A stretch of DNA of 64,000 nucleotides from Macrostomum lignano (Eukaryota), in assembly GCA_002269645.1 (NCBI GenBank), contig NIVC01001643.1, positions 120,584-184,583 of the forward strand. Direction: 5' to 3'. The notes beneath the pieces were generated by a model. The model was not told the origin of the DNA, did no database searches, and saw only the letters and a program-made list of their open reading frames with translations. The position numbers and the translations under genes are program-made. Shown here in pieces: positions 47,016-64,000 of this stretch (position 1 is the first letter of the stretch; each line of letters opens with the position of its first letter).

Positions 47016-49393
47016 CAGTAGAACTACCAAGGGGGGGGGGAAAATTTCCCCCCCCCTGACAAATTTTTTTGCTGCGCCGGAACGGAGCAACGCAGACACA
47101 CAAAATTCAAGAACACGGGCTAACTTTTTGTTGCGCACCTTCTCAAACAAGAATCAAGTCGCCAGCCCTCCGGACCGTCGAGATATTCGACGATTCTGCC
47201 AGAAGGTCGGATTTTTCCCATAAGCGCTAGTGTATTCAGTACACCCCTGTGCGCCAATCAGCACTGCGCCTCAGTGCAGCCTTGCCAAGTCTCCAAATTT
47301 CATCAGCACGTCGACCACATGTGTCTGCATCAGCTCTGACTTCGTTAGTCACTAGCCTTCACCCAGGCGGAGCTTCTGGAACTTCAACAGGTGGCACCAA
47401 GTGACTATGGACACTCTGATACGAATTTCTCGAGTTTCGCTGATCAAGCCTCGACAGTGGGCATACCTCAACTGCTAGGTATCCTCAGCTAGTCTCTCGA
47501 GCCTTCCATCATCACCCCGACGCCGTCGGCACCTTCAACGGATTACACCAGGTGACTATGAACACCCTGATGCAAATTTCTCTAGTTTCGCTGATCAAGC
47601 CTTGCCAATGGGCAAGCCTCAACGCGAAACATCTTCAGCTAGTCTCTCAAGCATTCAGTCATCACCCCGACGCCGTCGGCACCTTCAACAGATGACACCA
47701 GGCGACTATGAACACCTTGATGCGAATTTCTCTAGTTTCGCTGATCAAGCCTCGACAGTGAGCAAGCCTCAACTTCTGGACACCCTCAGCTAATCTCTCA
47801 AGCATTCAGTCATCACTCGGACGCCGTCGGCACCTTCAACAAATGACACCAGGCGACTATGAACACCTTGATGCGAACTTCTCGAGTTTCACCGATCAAG
47901 CCTCGACAGTAGGCAAGCCTCAACTGCCGGACACCCTCAGCTAGTCTCTCAAGCATTCCGTCATCATCCCGACGCCGTCGGCACCTTCAACAGGTGGCAC
48001 CAGGTGACTATGAACACCTTGATGCGAACTTCTCGAGTTTCACCGATCAAGCCTCGACAGTAGGCAAGCCTCAACTGCCGGACACCCTCAGCTAGTCTCT
48101 CAAGCATTCAGTCATCATCCCGACGCCGTCGGCACCTTCAACAGGTGGCACCAGGTGACTATGAACACCTTGATGCGAACTTCTCGAGTGAAGTGACGGT
48201 TCGTTGGTTTGCTAGCATGGGTAACTGTGTGCGGTTTTTTGCTTAACTTTATTCTGCTAACTCAGTCACTTTGCAATTCAGTGCCAGTAAATTCAGTCGG
48301 TTTTTTCATTTTTTAATGATTCAGAAATGTTAAGAGCATGATGAAAAATCACGCTCACGTGTCATTACTCCCCTAATGCCACCTGTTGAAGGTGCCGACG
48401 GCGTCGGGATGATGACGGAATGCTTGAGAGACTAGCTGAGGGTGTCCGGCAGTTGAGGCTTGCCTACTGTCGAGGCTTGATCGGTGAAACTCGAGAAGTT
48501 CGCATCAAGGTGTTCATAGTCGCCTGGTGTCATCTGTTGAAGGTGCCGACGGCGTCCGAGTGATGACTGAATGCTTGAGAGATTAGCTGAGGGTGTCCAG
48601 AAGTTGAGGCTTGCTCACTGTCGAGGCTTGATCAGCGAAACTAGAGAAATTCGCATCAAGGTGTTCATAGTCGCCTGGTGTCATCTGTTGAAGGTGCCGA
48701 CGGCGTCGGGGTGATGACTGAATGCTTGAGAGACTAGCTGAAGATGTTTCGCGGTTGAGGCTTGCCCATTGGCAAGGCTTGATCAGCGAAACTAGAGAAA
48801 TTTGCATCAGGGTGTTCATAGTCACCTGGTGTAATCCGTTGAAGGTGCCGACGGCGTCGGGGTGATGATGGAAGGCTCGAGAGACTAGCTGAGGATACCT
48901 AGCAGTTGAGGTATGCCCACTGTCGAGGCTTGATCAGCGAAACTCGAGAAATTCGTATCAGAGTGTCCATAGTCACTTGGTGCCACCTGTTGAAGGTCCA
49001 GAAGCTCCGCCTGGGTGAAGGCTAGTGACCAACGAAGTCAGAGCTGATGCAGACACATGTGGTCGACGTGCTGATGAAATTTGGAGACTTGGCAAGGCTG
49101 CACTGAGGCGCAGTGCTGATTGGCGCACAGGGGTGTACTGAATACACTAGCGCTTATGGGAAAAATCCGACCTTCTGGCAGAATCGTCGAATATCTCGAC
49201 GGTCCGGAGGGCTGGCGACTTGATTCTTGTTTGAGAAGGTGCGCAACAAAAAGTTAGCCCGTGTTCTTGAATTTTGTGTGTCTGCGTTGCTCCGTTCCGG
49301 CGCAGCAAAAAAATTTGTCAGGGGGGGGGGAAATTTTTTCCCCCCCCCCCTTGGTAGTTTGACGGGCGGAAAAATGGCTTGGTATTCCTACTG
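47016..49393. mobile_element. Non-autonomous foldback DNA transposon (~2.4 kb) with ~1-kb inverted arms, internal ~150-bp tandem repeats and TTAA TSD
   Basis: The ends read TTAA|CAGTAG (47012-47021) and CTACTG|TTAA (49388-49397). Segment 47022-47999 is the near-perfect reverse complement of 48377-49359. The 150-151-bp units start at about 47400, 47551, 47701, 47852, 48003 and 48154. There is no transposase ORF. Confidence 0.88.
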
Positions 49394-50199
49394 TTAACAT
49401 AGTAGTTTAATAAAGATTACAAGTTAAATGCCATATGGGAAAAGAATGGAAGCAATTGCTTGCTAAAAAGTGCTTGACTCTATAAAACACAGAAAATCTT
49501 GATTGCAAGAACTGAAATCTCATTAACTGACACAGTTAACTTCATAGTTTTAGAATTAAAAAAACTATAACTAGTCATTAATCTACCTGACAAAAGCCAA
49601 GAATCTGAAAGAAGGGGGTGATACCCCTCCTAGTTGAAAGGCTGCTCTAGTTTGTGAAAGCTTGCTTTTAGCAGATTTAGTCGCTTATCTTATGCTTTGT
49701 CTGCTCCAATGTTGCTGGGGATATATTTGGGAAAAAATTCTCATTGCTTTTAGTCTTATAAGCAACTGTTTGCTAACTGTTATTAAAGCAGAGTTATTAG
49801 GCAGTTGTTCTATCCATCAACCATATATGTATACTTAGCCTATTGTATAAGCAAGACAATATTCCTACACTACCACTTAGGTAACACTTGCACATGTGCC
49901 TACCCTTTTCTACAATACACCATAAAGCTACCGCCATTAGAGTACTATCGTGGCATCTGCATCCATACAGTATGCAATATAGATGAGATATGCATATACC
50001 TTTGAGATAGATATTACTATCTAATCTAAATGCTAGATAAGCATTGAGCGGTTTCAACAATCGTGCAAAGACAAACGTGCCTGCAAGCTAAATTTTAAGT
50101 GAAACTAATCGCGCGTGTAGTCGTACACTAGTATAACAATATATTGATCAAGATATGAGTAAAGAAGCCATTAAAAACCAGGACGAATAGTAAAATGGC

Positions 50200-50259
50200 T
50201 ATTTGTCCGGTAACCGGATGAATAACCATGTCGCTATTCATCCGGTCACCGGACAAATA
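50200..50259. repeat. 60-nt palindrome (25-bp stem with one mismatch, 10-nt loop)
   Basis: TATTTGTCCGGTAACCGGATGAATA / ACCATGTCGC / TATTCATCCGGTCACCGGACAAATA. A degenerate relative lies at about 50865-50930. Confidence 0.85.
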
Positions 50260-51114
50260 ACAACTGCCTATTTTTTATTAGTACTTGTTACTTTAAATGC
50301 AAGTTACATGTATATGTTAAAAATAGGCCTAACATATACAAGTTGCTGTGCAAATAGCAATTTTTTGATTCTTTGACTCTCAAATATTGTTGCAAATACA
50401 ATATATACAATAATATTGATCATAGTCATAGAAACTTGCTTTCCAAGCAGATTAAATTGATTGATTGTCTTTGAAAATAACATATTAAAAATCAACAGCT
50501 ATGTATAGCTCTAAAAATATAACTGCAACAATTATAGTTTATGTAATTGTTATTTAATTATTTAAGTATTAATAGGTAATAATAAAGAGCTAGAAATAAT
50601 AGCTCAACTAATCCATATATATGGTGATATATGTTGATTTAATATCTGTCGCCAGATTGTCTGTCGCCAGATTGACTGTCACCGGATCGTCTGTCACCGG
50701 ATCGTCTTGTCGCCAGATTGACTGGATACCGTGTAGACTAGATATATTCTAGAGTAGTATAAAAACATTAATCAAGATAGGAAAAAGCCTTTAAAATTAA
50801 AATCCTGAAATACCATATTCATAAAAATATATACTTGTATAAGTAGTAATATCTATATCTATTTAACCAGATGAATAGTGAAATGGCTATTTATCTGGTA
50901 ACAGGACAGGACAGATAACAACTGCCTATTACTAATGAATTTCATAGCCATAGGCCTAATTATTAAAACAAAAAGCTTGACTAGGCCTAGCCTAGTTATA
51001 GACCTTATGCCTATGGCTATGGATGTTATGCTACCCCATTCATGCAATAGGAATAGGCCTAGGTTTTGCTTTGGCTGGCCTAGTAAACAAAACACTAGAG
51101 TGTACTCAGTCAAG

Positions 51115-51374
51115 GGGCCTTTTCATATTACCAATTCCAGAACCAGAATCGGTTCGGATTTCCAAGAAAAACAGCAGTATAACTATTAAACTCTGTTAAT
51201 ATTTGACTGCCTTAACAACCTAATTTAGCACAATTTTTCACTTTCTTCTTGGCGATTGTCATTCAATAATAAAAACTTTATAGTACGTATCTCCGTCTAG
51301 TTATGGAGACAAAAAGTTATACTTCACAAATTGGTTCCGGTTCTGGAACCAGAGCAAGCAATATGAAAAGGCCC
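51115..51374. mobile_element. 260-bp MITE (PIF/Harbinger-like by termini and TSD length)
   Basis: It has perfect 15-bp TIRs, GGGCCTTTTCATATT / AATATGAAAAGGCCC, with a 3-bp AAG on both sides and subterminal inverted CCAGAACC/GGTTCTGG. Confidence 0.7.
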
Positions 51375-52357
51375 AAGGCTGGGCCCCTCTAGGCTAGGCT
51401 CTAGATCTAGGGGGGGGGGGGGGGCTATCTCTAATTCTAAACATAGTCTAATTTTAATAAATCCTCGAAGAAAACCGAAATAGGAGCGAGCGGGCTGAGC
51501 GATTGCAAACGCAAACGCAAACGCAAAACCAAAAATAATACGTGCTACGTGCAATATGATATTTAATTTATAGTCGGCTGAATTTTGTCAGTTTAAATTA
51601 ATCAAGAAAGTATTTTGTTCAAACAAAGCGTTTATAATAATTCTGTTCTTTAGCTTTACTGTTCTGTAGAAAAAATTGAATAACAACGAAAAATTAACAC
51701 TTTTGAAAATGTCCTTAAATCATGAGGGCTTTACAACTTTAAGCTGTGTATGCCTAGCAATTATAACTTACAATTCCATTTTCATTTTTGATACACCGAG
51801 TATATTCTTCGACTTTCATGGCATTTCCATTCAGGAATTCGAAAATTAATCAGCAGGAATAGTATATTCCTAATAGTAGAATATTCCAAAATTTTAGTAC
51901 CTATTATTACATCTTTTAGACTGTTAAAAATGGGAGTATCTAAACATGTTTAACACATGTATAATAGTATATTATAGTATAGTATAGTGTATACCGTACA
52001 CGAATATTAAATTCCTTTTATTTGCTTCTTTTAACTCTCTTATTATTTCATGTGCCAGCATAGTTAAATAAAGATGTTTTCATATACTTTCTAAAAGATA
52101 TAACGTACAAAAGCTGTTAAAATCTGCTTTATTGTTTAATTAATGTTTATCCAACAATATGTGCTTTCTTCGGAAAGCCATATGTTGTATAGTATAATAA
52201 AAAGTACGAGCGTACAAATTGTATATTATATTAAAAATCTTTTCAATATAAATCCCAACACCAAAGTCGTAATCTTATTTGATAAAGTGAGAATCATCTG
52301 ATTCTGTCAACCATATACTATTTAAATTGATAACCTAATCTATTAATTCTTGCATGT

Positions 52358-63845
<11,488 letters not shown>

Positions 63846-64000
63846 GTGGGTAACGTGTAAGAAAGCGATTTTTTATAATTTTGCTTGTTGCTAGTCGCTG
63901 TCACGAAGCTGTGATGGTATTTCGTCTCGGGCTATTGCTGTGTTGATATCTACATGTAAGACATCTGAGAAGAACAAAATCTATTAAAAAATTGTCTGCT

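Noticed and set aside
47132-47138. Metal-response element core TGCGCAC upstream of the zinc transporter, inside the foldback arm
   Set aside because: It is a single degenerate 7-mer expected by chance about once per kb, with no cluster.
47602-48825. Identical short ORFs (…QMTPGDYEHLDANFSSFADQAST…) on both strands
   Set aside because: They are a by-product of the 150-bp units in the inverted arms. Each unit has stops and there are no transposase motifs.

Overview
Eukaryotic (invertebrate animal) genomic DNA, very rich in micro- and minisatellites. The repeat landscape and the NPF gene are consistent with a flatworm such as Macrostomum, but this is unverified. Four spliced genes were reconstructed by hand from splice sites and frame continuity. 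(1) The first two exons of a probable NAD kinase (-, running off the left edge). (2) A neuropeptide Y/F precursor (-), whose RPR|F-GKR site is split by a 15.7-kb, satellite-filled intron. (3) An 8-exon ZnT1/SLC30A1-like zinc exporter (-, about 560 aa, last intron GC-AG). (4) A multi-exon DUF4549/CCDC162-like gene (+) that runs off the right edge and is frameshifted beyond about 62 kb. Mobile DNA includes a 5'-truncated LOA/R1-like non-LTR retrotransposon with an intact ORF2, a 14-bp TSD and a TAATG stop-start overlap. There are also two decayed relatives, a 260-bp MITE, and a 2.4-kb non-coding foldback element with TTAA TSD, CAGTAG termini and internal 150-bp repeats just upstream of the zinc transporter. 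Most long ORFs in the supplied track are repeat translations. No databases were searched; family assignments rest on recalled motifs.
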